Source of the DNA: Lingula anatina
Taxonomy: Eukaryota; Animalia; Brachiopoda
DNA length: 64,000 nucleotides
Assembly: GCA_051362555.1 (NCBI GenBank)
Contig: CM120640.1
Location: forward strand, 36,971,967 to 37,035,966
Reading direction: 5' to 3'
Numbering within the stretch: position 1 is the stretch's first letter; each line of letters begins with the position of its first letter. Under the pieces are notes generated by a model. That model ran no database searches, was not told the origin of the DNA, and saw only the letters and a program-made list of their open reading frames with translations. Shown here one piece after another: positions 28,601 to 50,900 of this stretch. The translations under genes and the position numbers were made by a program.

Positions 28601-29802
28601 AAATATAAAATATAATATAAAATATAATAATTTAAAATATTAAATTACCACTACAAATTATTGACCATACATTTGCTAGTTTTGGCAGACTTTTTGAGTA
28701 TTACTTTTTTATACTACCTATGCTCTTGTTCCAGATTCTGAACAAGTGCAGTTTTGAGGATGTTGATCCCGTACTCAAGACACTGTCCATACCACGCTTC
28801 AGTATGATGCCAGCTTCTGCAAGGTTTAAAGGTAACAGATTTGTGTGTGTTTATGTATGTAGAATGTTTTATGGTGTTGGTTTAAAGGGCAAGCATTAAA
28901 AAACACTTAGATTAATGCTAGGGGCTGGTTTCACAAAAAAAAAAAAAAAAATTAAATTGGACAAAAAATCCATAGGAATTGACTTAAATAAAGAATTGTC
29001 TGAAACATTAGAAATGTTTTTTTTCTGGTTATAAAACTGGCACAATATTTTTTAAAATTAAAGCACTGATTTATAAAAGTTAAAAAAAGGTTAATTCAGT
29101 AGGAAAATGTGCACTCATGTCTCACAAATTTTAAGGTGCCAGTAGATTAAATTAAAGTTAAGCAGTTAAATTTAAAATATATGTATTTTTAGTATTTCAT
29201 TTTCATGCTTATCATCATTTTTATAAGTATATTGTTGTGACCGTTTTCTCAGTCCATAATAACTCCCTATTCCTTGCTGTTGATACACCATCAGTATTGA
29301 AAATACACTGAACTCAGACTCTGATTTGATCATTTATTTGATGCAGCTGACCCAAACAAATACCTTCGAGTAGTTCTTGTCTACTTTCTGGGAGGATGTA
29401 CATATTCAGAGATCACAGCTCTTCGTTTTCTTGGCAAAGTCAAAGGTGGGTACAAAAAAACATTGGCTTTTAAGGCAATCTTCTACATTCATGTGGTCGT
29501 TTACCGATAAAACAGGGTATAAAGATATGGCTATAGGTTGTTTTATGCCCATTGATTTCACACAGAAAGCAAGTTAATCAGTGTCAGCATGAATTAAGTC
29601 CTTCCAACCCTTTGCCTGCTGCATGATTTAGAATACAACAGTAAATCAAAATAAGAGGCTCACAAGTGAATAACGAATAAGGAAAAAATTGTATGCAATA
29701 TTTGACTTTTTTTTTTCAGGTTACAAATTTATAATTGCCACCACTTCCATAATCACAGGAGCAAGGTTGTTAGACCAAGTGACTGAAGTAACTCCCAAGT
29801 GA
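22043..29802 (+). CDS. VPS33B: Vacuolar protein sorting 33B (Sec1/Munc18 family), ~19 exons
   Basis: [31 protein letters not shown]|[33 protein letters not shown]; [37 protein letters not shown]; [27 protein letters not shown]; [20 protein letters not shown]; [18 protein letters not shown]. Exons approx. 22043-22135, 22523-22603, 22828-22889, 23205-23337, 23568-23708 … 29347-29445, 29720-29802 (TGA). The N-terminus and the YVFGGAY motif fit 33B rather than 33A. Confidence 0.92.
24683..24896. mobile_element. Degenerate fold-back/MITE-like insertion in a VPS33B intron
   Basis: GC-richer island with imperfect inverted ends (TTCTCATA..TTAGATCGACCTA vs TAGATCGATCTAA..TGTGAGAA) and inner CCCCTTAA/TTAAGGGG arms; no clear TSD. 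Confidence 0.5.
25566..25607. repeat. (AAT)n microsatellite
   Basis: Tandem TAA run in a VPS33B intron. Confidence 0.9.
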
Positions 29803-30576
29803 AACCAATTCATTCCAGTTCAACCTGATGTGCAATATTTAATGAGGTTGCCAACAACTTATTTTTTTACAAATGTGAGTCTAATATTTTACATGTTATT
29901 GGCAGTAGTACAACAACTGAAAACAATTAGGAAACTACAAGTAACAGAGCACAGAATGTGTTCATGTAGCCATGTTGGTTACGGTACCTTGAGCAAAAGA
30001 ACAAAATTAAAAAAGGACATTTCTACTCATTAAAATCGGCTTTAAAAAATCTAACTGAGCTACAGGGGTGTATGATCAAATGTTAGACACCATGTATGGA
30101 TGGAATAAAGATTTAGACACACCCATGTCCAAGGGATCCACAGTTCCCACAAGTCTTCTGTGTAGACAACTTCATTGTCCTCTCATGCTTTAACATATTC
30201 ATAGAAAGAATGGTATCAAAAGTATGATCAAACAAAAAAGCTTGCATCAGATGAAAAAGTCTCTTTAATGCTTTGATGGTGTTTGTCACACAAATAAATT
30301 GCTTATCAGCTGCTTGTTAAGCAGTCACTTCACTTATCATTACGCATGAATGCATAATTTTATACCTTATGATACACAGTGTTGAAGTTTTTGTATAGCT
30401 CAATGAGGTATGGCCAGGCCATATCATAACAATAGTTGCCAGATTAAGATATGATTTTAGCATCCACTGCTGTAGTCGTTTTACTCATTATAAAATGTGG
30501 ATAACTGGTTTTTGTTATTAAATGTAAGCATATTTGCACTTTTCCAGAGTGAAGATTGCACTTGAAGAAAATTATT

Positions 30577-40323
<9,747 letters not shown>

Positions 40324-40472
40324 CTTGCTGCCAGTGGAGGGCAACTCACGCGCATCAGGGATAGTTTTGCATTTACTCCAGCATCCAGAGCGTGATCGTG
40401 TTTCGCGCCATTTGCACTACGGCATTGTGGGAAAACATATTTGTTGATTGGATCAGGGGAAAGATCGTCAAG
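40324..40472. promoter_or_regulatory. Compact bidirectional promoter MSH3/KIAA0825 with E2F-like and ZNF143-like sites, plus the KIAA0825 non-coding first exon
   Basis: TTTCGCGCC at 40401-40409; GCATTGTGGGAA (reverse complement TTCCCACAATGC) at 40422-40433; donor AAG|GTAAGA at 40472/40473. Confidence 0.6.
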
Positions 40473-40899
40473 GTAAGAAAACGCTTCATGCATGTGTATC
40501 TATATCAAATGAAATGTAACATAGAACCAAAGTATTGGTTATGAAGTCCATATGAACAGTTGCAAATGAATAAGCAGCCACATCTAATTACGCTTTGAAT
40601 TTGATTAATTTGAAGATTGTCTGGATCTGTCATTGCTTCAACTCTCAATGAATTGAATTTTTCCAAATTCGTAAATCTAGTTTATCTCTATTGTTCAAGT
40701 ATTCATTTTTATGTACGGGGAAGGTGCCCTATGACTTTGTATTTAATATACATATTCATCTAAGAAGGAAAAGCTTGTCGAATAAATAACGTGCCGGTAC
40801 CGGTGCATTTGTACCAGTATACTAGCTTATATAATAGTCTTGATGCTGTGTTCATATATTTATTACACTAACAGCAGGCGAGGTACCAGTGTAGTGACC

Positions 40900-41888
40900 A
40901 TGGCTAACCCAGCTGCCAAATTCCCAAACCGAAGGGTCACTTGTCCTGGGCTGCGGACAGCCCCACCCTCTGATCAGGTACTGGACAGGATGATCAGTGA
41001 CATTGACTTACAGTTGCAGGAAAATGCTAAACAGTAAGTACTAAGTGTAGTAATTCCTAAACTTATAATGAGTAAAGTCAGACTTTTTTAAAATTAAATT
41101 AAAATTAAAATCAGATAGTCTGTCTGATAATACGCATTGTTATTCACTGGCAGATCAAGTGATGGGAGGTGGGGTGGGGGAGAGGTTGAGGAGGGGGTGG
41201 CAGAAGGGGCATGTCCCCTCCCTCCTGTGTCTTCTCATATTTTAGACCTGTGATTGAACCCCATTCCTTAAGAAATTATAGACTATTTTTAGTCTAGACT
41301 GTTGACTATATATTATCCCTTTTACAGACTTGAAGGTTGCATTGAGGATATTCTGAAGTTAACCAGTCAACTCCCTGGTGGACGTAACTTCACTCTGGCC
41401 AAGGAGGCTGTGGATTATACAGCCAATAGTCATATACTGGAGAAGAGTTCTTGTTATGATCCTGACCTGGAACAAGTCTCTAACCTTTTCAGACATGTGG
41501 TATGCAATTTAACAAATAGTAGATTGAAGACTCCAAAAGGTCTCTGGTGTTACCCCCCTCTTTGTTTTATTAATTTTTTGTTAAATAAATTGAAAGGAAA
41601 AGGGCAGTGGTTATTATTTTAAAAAAGATTAAAACATGGACTTGGTTGAAATTTTTATCACTTCTTTCCCTCATGAACAGTGTTTGCCTCTTAGGAAAAT
41701 AAGTTGCTGGACCGAAAGTCCAGCCATCTTGAAATGCAGCTGGACTGAATATCTGCCGGTGGGAAAAGTTATCAGCCCGTTCTGAAAGTTGTCAGCCCCG
41801 GGCAGACGGTCCAGCCTTAATTTCTAACACTGCTCATGAATAAGTAAATATCCTGAAAATTATATGACAATTTGTGTATAATATTTTG

Positions 41889-41923
<35 letters not shown>

Positions 41924-44900
41924 GAGGTACTGATGTTTACACAGACTTGTTTAGATGCAATGTTGATATAATAATATCTTTGCAGCTGCGCCAAATGGAT
42001 GAGCACCCTGGCTCTGAAGAAGCCATCTTGGAATCCTTGCTCCAGCTGTCATCTCAAGAGGGGATCACACTCCCGCTGCGCTCTGCACGAACGGAACAAA
42101 ACTTGGACTCAGTTCTCTCTCTTGGGGCTATCTGTGACGTCAATGAACAGATCAGTGAATCTCTGTGGAATGACATCAAAATTCGCTTGAAGAAGTTTTT
42201 CCTTGATAAACTGAATAATTTGCCATTGGAGCCTGACCTAAGTACAGTGAAAGTAGAAGGAGGGAAGAGGATGGACTATTTGAACAGTCTGTGTTGTCTG
42301 AATACTGCAGCAGAGGTGAGAAATATGTGATGGTTGATTGATTATAGTCTATTGGACATGTGCACACAGGTAGATTGAATTTAAATGAAGAAGTTTAAAA
42401 TAAAATGTTTTTCAAATACTAGTACGCTTTTGAAAAGACAACAAATTCAAATTTATCTTCTAGGTGTGGAAGAGTTACAGATCTTTGCGGTCCCAACAAC
42501 TGCAGAGGATGATTAATAAAAATCTTTACACAGCTGAGGGGAATATGCTGGAGTTTGAAGCTCAGTCCACGGCTTGGGAATCTCTCAGTGCCACTGTTAT
42601 CAGTATGATCAACGAGGACTTTGCTATTCTGAACTCTGGCATATTTGCAAGGGTTGTCACAACCTTCGAGTGCCTGCACCTCATTTACCAAGAGAGGCTG
42701 TCTGAAGAAATAGGAAACATTGCAGAGAGACTTCAACATGAGTTGCCAGGGCTGGAGGAGCAAGCTTCTGCTGCTCCCTCTAGTGAGAGGAAAATTCCAA
42801 AGTCGGAATCCAGACATGAGTTTGGTCCTGTGGCTAACGTGAAATCTTTACTGAGATCACACTCAAAGAGTTTGGACAGTCTGTTGGTCAAGGGTGACCT
42901 GTTTCCTGATGTCAGCAAGTCAGAGCCTGTTTTATATTGTTTTGTCCGGCTGGTCAGAGCTGTGTGTGCCATCGAGAGCCATATTGATGACCTGCACAAG
43001 ACTATGATCTGGGAGGTGGTAAATAAAACCAAAAAGAAAACAAGTACTCAAAAGACTGGAATAAGAGGTAAGCTGGATTCACAGAATTACTTTAGTCCAA
43101 AAATTGGGCTAAACTTTTAGATCAAAATTTTTGCTGAATAAGTCGAAGATATATAAAATGATTTAATTGGACTAGCACTGATTTATCTTGTTCAAACTAA
43201 CCTATGTTCAGGACTGCGGGTAGAGCTCTTTTGAGAAACAGGCCCCTGGACATAGTTTTTTTTCACAAAAGAACTTCACTTATAAGTGAAAGATTAAAAA
43301 AAATTGAGGTTGTTGGAGATTAAGTTAAGTAAGCTAGGCTGAATATTAAAATGAGATCTTTTACATGACTATTTTAGCTCAAAAGTATATGAGCAAGATC
43401 AGACTGATAATATTTGGTATAGTGTGGATTTGTTTGTTAATTTGTTACTTTATTTACAGGTGTATTGAAGAGTGGAAGTACATCTGAGTTGGCAACGCCA
43501 AAGCAATCTGTGGAAGGATTTTTTGGCAGTTTAAGTCTTGATGATTCACTAACAACTAGTCTTCAAGGTATTTAATGTGTGATTGTTGTGCCAAGAGAGT
43601 TTCTCTCTCTTTAAAATAAAAATTGTGTAAGACCGCATTCTCAACGAATTGAGCCAGGCTTTACAAATCCTGAGACTAAAAATGGCGGACGCTCATGAAA
43701 GAAAAACTGCCTAATCTTTTAATAGTCTCTCCGCCTCTCACACGCCTCCCCACACATCGTCCCTGCGGGGTACAGTAATAACATGAATATCTCCGTGAAT
43801 ATCTCTGGTGATATTATCTCCGTAGATAGTCTATTCATTGCTGCTCTACGGGCCAATTCATTCCTTTTTCGTCTCTGTTTTGAAAGATAATAGAACAGAA
43901 GAGCTTTTTTCCTTCGATTGCCTTCAGCCGTCATGCTTTCTTCACCACGAGTTTAACTGATGAGCATGCGCACTTAATATTTCTCAGGTAGCTTCCGCAT
44001 GGCGAACGGAGTCGAGATTTAATTACTGTACCCCGCAGGGACGACGTGTGGGGATGCGTGTGAGAGGCGGAGAGACTATTAAAAGATTAGGCGGTTTTTC
44101 TCTCATGTACGTCCGCCATTTTTAGTCTCAGGATTTGTAAAGCCTGGCTCATTTCGTTGAGAATGCGGTCTAAGATTAAAATTTGCTATTACTTCATTTT
44201 ACAAAAGTGGGGATGAGTAACAGCCTTAAAAAACATTTTTTTGTCTATATAACCTGTTATGTCACCAAGACTCCCTTGTATATGTTTCTTAAAATATTTT
44301 GTTCAGCATCTGTATTCATGCCAATTTTGTTGTCTAATTGAATTTTTCTTGTATCAGTGGTTGAGAAGGTGCCAGAAGAAGAGAAACCTCGCTGGAAGTG
44401 GCGGCGCTACTTCAAACCCGTGCTACCACAGCTAGCCAGGTGTCTGGAACAGTGCATTCGCAATGCTGGCACCCAGGCAATGGAGGCAGAAAAACAGGCA
44501 GTGGAGACATCTGGTGGGCATGTTGATGCTGAAAGAGTGTGCCCTCTGCTGGTGGGAGGAAGACTAGACTACCCATGCTGTATTCCTAAAGTATGTGTTC
44601 CAAGTTTTAGCTGTGTTTGAAATGCGACCTTGTTTCCTATGTTTGATTTGTATCTCATGGCAAAGGTGTGATTCAAAGCAAGTGGTTTGATAATACACAA
44701 CTTATTAAAATAAAGTCTGTACTTTTTGCCTGCCCTGGATCCTAAATTAATGTAAATATGACCTTTGTGGCATATGAAGTGGAATAAGGTTGCATGGTGT
44801 TATTGTCAATAATCTTTCATTTATAAAAGAAAAATTTATATTTAATTATTTTATTTGTTAGTATTGATACATTTTAGAGTGTTCAGCAGTTCATGTCCAG

Positions 44901-47900
44901 TTTAGACAGAGTGTTACCTCTAGCTTACCACTGGTCAGAAGGTCAGTATCAAGTGATCAGGACCACTTTTGTAGATGCTACAGTCCTCCAGCTGAAAGAT
45001 TTCCACAGATGGATAACAAAGGTAAAATGAGAATACACTGTAATTCTGTAGTGACTCTTGACTTCCTGTATACTTGTCCATCTGTATTTCAATGATCTAT
45101 GTAAATATATAATTGTGAAACTGGGTAAAAGAGCTGCATAAATTTAATGTGTAACTTTACAGTTTTACATACTCAGGGATGAGATTTTCTATCAGCAGAT
45201 TTCTCACTTTTTTTGGAGTCAGTAATATCATTGGCGTAGGCAGCCCGTGGACCTCGCGTCACATTTTCTGACTTTTTCACCAAATGGCAGCCTCATCCCT
45301 GCTAACTACAGCTATTGAATGTTTCAGCTTGGCCTAGAAACTCCAAAGGAGAAGACAATACTCCAGACACTGTACTTGTCTCTGTCTGCAGCTGCCTTCA
45401 TCAGAAATCATCTCCTCCATTATGAAACAGTATTAACTGGAGAAGACACCAGGTAACCTCAAACAATGGCAACTGTCATGTCCCATTATGGCCACTGTCA
45501 TGTGAAATTATCTTATGTATATGATTTCATCTTTTGAGCCACATCTAATTCTTGTGGTGAAAGAGTGTAAGAGATTTTACTTTCAAAATAAAACACCTGT
45601 CGCCTGTTGAAGATTAAAAAAATTGTGTCAATTATTGCACTGCCCAAGTGTCTTGCAAACTAAAGGAGGTGTAGAATAAGAAGTGGCAGTAGTTGCAACA
45701 AACCACACCTTTTTTCTTTCTTATCAAATTTAGAAGTTGCCTTATTTTATAAGACTTGCTTCAAAGGGCTAGATTGCATTCTTGGTGTTTGTCAATTTAA
45801 AAGCTTGATAGCTATTTTATAAAAAAAAATGGTTAGATGTACTCTTAGTTGCATAGCAATTTATAGACTTTATAAAAGATATATTTGGACTTTTCTGTTA
45901 AAATCTTTTTGGTTAAAATAAAAGATACAAATAAAGAATCATTTGGCATGATAATTGACCTGAAAAAGACAAAATCTGACTGATGGTACCTATTCGGTGG
46001 TATACCCCTGCCTCTCTGAGTTTTAAGTGTTGAATTGATTTTATTACATTGTAGATAAATATTGATCATTATCATTTAATTAAGTCTTATCCTTCATTGA
46101 GTAGTTTTCTGAGCTGTAATACTTTTGTTGTTGTTTCTTATTTTTTGTAGTGTAGAACAGTTTCATTAGCTATGTTATTATAATAGACTTGTGAAGATTC
46201 TTTTGTCTATAGCTATTTATATTAGTTTGATCTTACCATCCAATATTTCATCTGCTTGCAGTCAGATTTCATCAGGGAATGAGGTTGTGACAGGTATGAC
46301 AACCTGTCACCCCCTCTGGTGTGCTATTTGGTCAGATCCCCCCCCTTGCCTGCCCCTCCCTTAGGAGTGGTAGGTAGAGGTTGGGTAGCTCAGTCCCATC
46401 ATTCCGATTCAACATGGCCCCATGTAAGCGGATGTTAATTGCTTCAAGAACTTTCCGGTGTAGATCTCGTGGCTCTCTTTCCAAGATTATTATGTCTTCT
46501 ATGGTTGTTGATGTTATACAATGCCCTGTCTGTTCCTGGTGTTGGCTGAGGGCAGATTTTTTATCATGTTTTTTTGATCGATTTTTGATGTTCAGCGATT
46601 CTTTCAGTTAAGGAACGTCCTGTCTCTCCAACAAAAGAAATAATTGCTACTACAGAGGTGATTTGTGAACAACTACACCTCCCTCCAGAGGAAGCTGATA
46701 CCCTAAGGCATGAAGTTGTGAACATCATCAAGAATACCAAGCCTCCAAAGGACAACCTCAGCCATGAGGAAAGGAAAGCCCTGAAGTCACTAAAAAGCAA
46801 TAAAGAGATAATGATTGTACCTGCAGACAAAGGAAAGTGTGTAGTGGTAATGGACAGGGACAATTATATAGAAGAATGCAAACACCTGTTAGATGATCAC
46901 ACCACATACAAAGAGATACCTGAGGATCCAACCAAAGGAATGAAGGGCAGAATACAAAGGAAATTGAGGGCACTGAAGAATAAGGGATATTTAGACCAGA
47001 TCACCTATAACAAAATATACCCTACATCGGATGCTACTCCGAGATTTTATGCAACACCTAAGATCCACAAAGACCCCCTAAAAATGCGTCCTATTGTCTC
47101 TGGTATCAACTCCATTACGTACAACCTTGCAAGATTCCTAGCAGATCTTCTGAAACCTTTAGTAGGGAAGAAACCAAGCCATATAAACAACTCACAAGAC
47201 CTGGTGAAAAAAGTGGAAGAGATCACTCTGGAAGAGGGGGAGGTGTTAACCTCATTCGACGTAACAGCCCTATTCACCAGCGTACCAGGCAACGAAGTGA
47301 CAAATATGGCAGTAGAAAGGGCCAAGAAGGATAAAACCTGGAAAAACAGAACACTGCTTCCTCCATGTCCGGAACCGCGCAAATTTAGATACAAACGTAA
47401 TTTAGAATTAGGCTCGAAATACGGACACCGTTGGACACTTTTAGTTAGGATAACGCTCTAGTATGACCTTCCAGATTCGCGGTCGAAATCGTTACGTCTA
47501 AACGCTACAGAGGAAATCCACACTGACAAAAATGACCAGTTTCAATCGTTTAATGTGAATTCGTTGCCTGCTTAGGTACATTCTGGCTCTCTATTCAATA
47601 TTACAACCTTTAGTACGTACTCCAGCCAATGGCTTCATACACTTCCTTATCACTGGCTTCTTAATGCGACAGGTAAACAAGCCCTACTCAGCCTCTTCAA
47701 AATTGACACAACGTATTATAGAGAATACAATAAAAGTTATGACTTGAAATTATTGACATCGTCTATGAAATATTAAATGTCTCCGACATATTCCTCCCTT
47801 TCCCAAACAAAGAAAAATGGAATATATATATGAAATTTTTCTTACTTTGTAGACGTTCAAATAATTATACGGCCTTACTTAAAATGAGAATCTCAATTAA

Positions 47901-50900
47901 ACCCTGCAAGCATTACCATGGAAACCCTATTTACCAGATTATTTTAATCTAATAATAATAATAATAATGTACGCTACACACTAAGTATTATGCACTTTGC
48001 TATTAGCACCAGGAAAATTATAGTCATTAAAACAACACCAAGGAACATATATATATGCATCAAAAAGTTAGCAATAGTAATAATAACAATGATTCTGAGC
48101 AAGCAACACCTTGAATAAGCAAATGTAAAACGGTGCTGAGAGCCGGCTGCGCCAGCCTCTCCCTATTTTTTTCTTTAGGAAGAGGGACATAGGTTTACCC
48201 AATTGCTCAGACAGCACAAAAAAAAAACAAAAAAATCGAGTTGTCTCTCGACCATTTGCTTTAACATTTCTTTCTTTTTAATATATGAGTCATTTGTTCT
48301 CTAGTTAGAGTCCATATATCTTGTGCGTAGCCAATGCGAAGTGACTACATCCACCAGTAAACCCAAACGATTCGTAGCCCACCATGACGATCGGAGCGCC
48401 GATGATAATAGCGTCGGAGAGTGCAGGCCGCCCATGCGTTGTGTAGATTACAGACAACTCGTAGGATGGAAAAGGGCGATGCCTCCATAGGTGGAACCCT
48501 CTCAGCTATCACTCCCCGCTGGTGTTAACATGTCGTAGACCACAAATCGAAGACGGCCCGGTAATGGTTGTAGCCGCGCCCTATTTGACACTGCTACGGA
48601 ATTCGCTCTGAAACTGAAAGTACACTTAAAACGCAAAATGCGGATTTTCTGAAAAAGAATTCATGTTAATTGAAAAAAAATTGTTATAAGCGTTAATATT
48701 TTATCCTTTTACTCCGTCCACTGGGCTATGTGCTCTCTAGAAGAAAAAAGAAAAATATCATTAGGGTAGTATACGAAAATCATTATCTATCTACAATAAT
48801 ATTGGAAACCAAAATTACTTGTACATTTCCATGCTTCCTTGGGTCATGCGCTGTCTACTAGAAAAATGAGAAAAAACATTAGTGCTATGTCGAAAATAAC
48901 CCTATATCCACATTAATTGTATCATAGTTCATAGAATCAAGTGACAAAAATGTGGGGTATGTATACCTGCCCTTGCTAGGTATGACATCACCCTCCTCAT
49001 TCTTTATGAACACATTTTGAATCCAAATTTGAGCTCGCCATGTAAAGAAAAATAAATCTTTACAAACTAAATGAAATTCAATATCATTATATTTCAAGAC
49101 TCCCAGTGGATTCTGGGATAAAATGCTCGTCTTGCTCGGCGTGGCTTCTTGGATGGTCACCTTAGTAGGCTCTTACTTTTTCTGAAAAATACAAGTTTTA
49201 CATGAAATTAGCGAATATAATTTCGTGGGATAACCCAAGTACCAGAAAAAAAAGAAACAAAGAACACCTCACTAGGTAACCCCCTAGTATTATCATGAAC
49301 ATGTCGTTCATGAACAACCTGGCGACACTGGTCAGCACTTTAGAATATGCCGATACCAAAAGGAACATTAGCCGCCCATCCTACAAAGTCAAATAACCCT
49401 CGTAGTTTTGTCAGAGACGAATGTGCACCTTCGCTCGAACCGACTGGACCCGCCCTGGCCAAGGCTGGTACAGCCGTTTGAGAGTCATTTTACCTGCAGA
49501 AAGGGTTAAAGTTAACCGTTATCCCCTTCGCCCTTGTTCCCTGTCCACTGAGGTTATGTACACCTCCCTCAGTCTGTTCTACGTAATCCCGTGTTACTAC
49601 GGCGATCCGTATCCATAGTCTACCCTGAGACTACCAGTCTCCTCTTAGACTACCAGCGGTTTCTCCCTGGTGACTTCTACCGTCCATACGGCCTTTGTCA
49701 CCGCCAAAGAGCTGCCTCTGGGTCACTAGGACGCCATCAGGTAGCTGCTGCCACCCCCATTTCACCCTGGGGCTAAAATACCAAGCAATATGCTTAAAAC
49801 CGCCATTTTTACTTACCCATGCTGCTATCTATGCATGGAGTCCACTTCCATATTCTCTCCCGACCCACTGTCGGTTATCCTTAACGCCTTGACAGGCTGG
49901 GGACCGTCTAGTTCGTCCCCTTCAATCTGCGACAACAGCGCATCTTCCTGTTCCGTTGCTTGGATACATCTTTTCCTAAACCTTGTATTATGTGAGTGCG
50001 TGGGCGTGTGGTGTCGTGTCATGGTGTTATGCTTGCGTTTTGCATGCAATGTTGGCCTGCGTGAAGCTGCCTGTGACTCACCTCCAACACTTACCGGCAT
50101 CTCGGATTCGATCCTCTCCGCTACCTGGCTACGCCCGTTGGAGTTACTTACCGCTGCGCGCTGGTTGACCTCTGCCCTTGGAGCGTTGGCGTTGACTGGT
50201 GTGGTACCAAGTTGCAACTCAGCTCTTATTGGGTTGGGTCGTCTCCTGAAAACTCGACGCGCACGTGGTCTGATCTCATCCCAGGCTAATCCTCTGTCCA
50301 CAAGTCTTAATTTGTCCCTGTTCACTACACGCGACTTACCTGTTTGCTGATGACTTACCCAGAAGACGTTCCCTCTTTGTCTGGTCACTGTCCAGACTGG
50401 GTCCCATTTTGATCCAAAAGTCACGTTATCAGGTGCGAAAACAATAACTGAATCACCTACCTCAATTTTGTTAGCGTTCGCCTTAGCGTCGAAACGTCTT
50501 TTGTTCTCTAATCTAGCTGCCTGAAGATTATCTCGGGCTGCCGTTAGAGCGTCAGACAGATCACTAAGCCGACCTTTCAAAGGATGATGGTTATTTGATG
50601 CACCTACCAACGTCGACAGTGGCATTCTAGGGTTCCTGCCATAAACTAGGAAAAATGGTGTGTACCCGGTCACTGAGGAAACACTATTCCTGTAAGCAAA
50701 CAAAGCATTAGCTATCTGCTCTTCCCATGTGCGAGTATTGTTGTTAACAAGGCGGGCCAATAATCCTTTGAAACATTGATTAAACTTTTCAACTTTGCCA
50801 TTACATTTGGGGTTATAAGCTGTGGTCCGCCTATGATCTACACCCATTGTTTGAAGATAATTGCGAAATTCCCCCGCGCTAAATTCGCTACCTCTATCTG

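Noticed and set aside
40324-40344. MSH3 start at the tracked TTG (40344)
   Set aside because: Non-ATG start; the first in-frame ATG at 40323 precedes the PIP box.
46564-46863. 99-aa minus-strand ORF containing GETGRSLTERIAEH
   Set aside because: Chimera across the inversion junction; frameshifted by an extra base in the inverted copy.
49790-50350. 186-aa antisense ORF overlapping the pol 3' end
   Set aside because: No motif; expected shadow ORF opposite a GC-richer coding region. It cannot be fully excluded without comparing copies.
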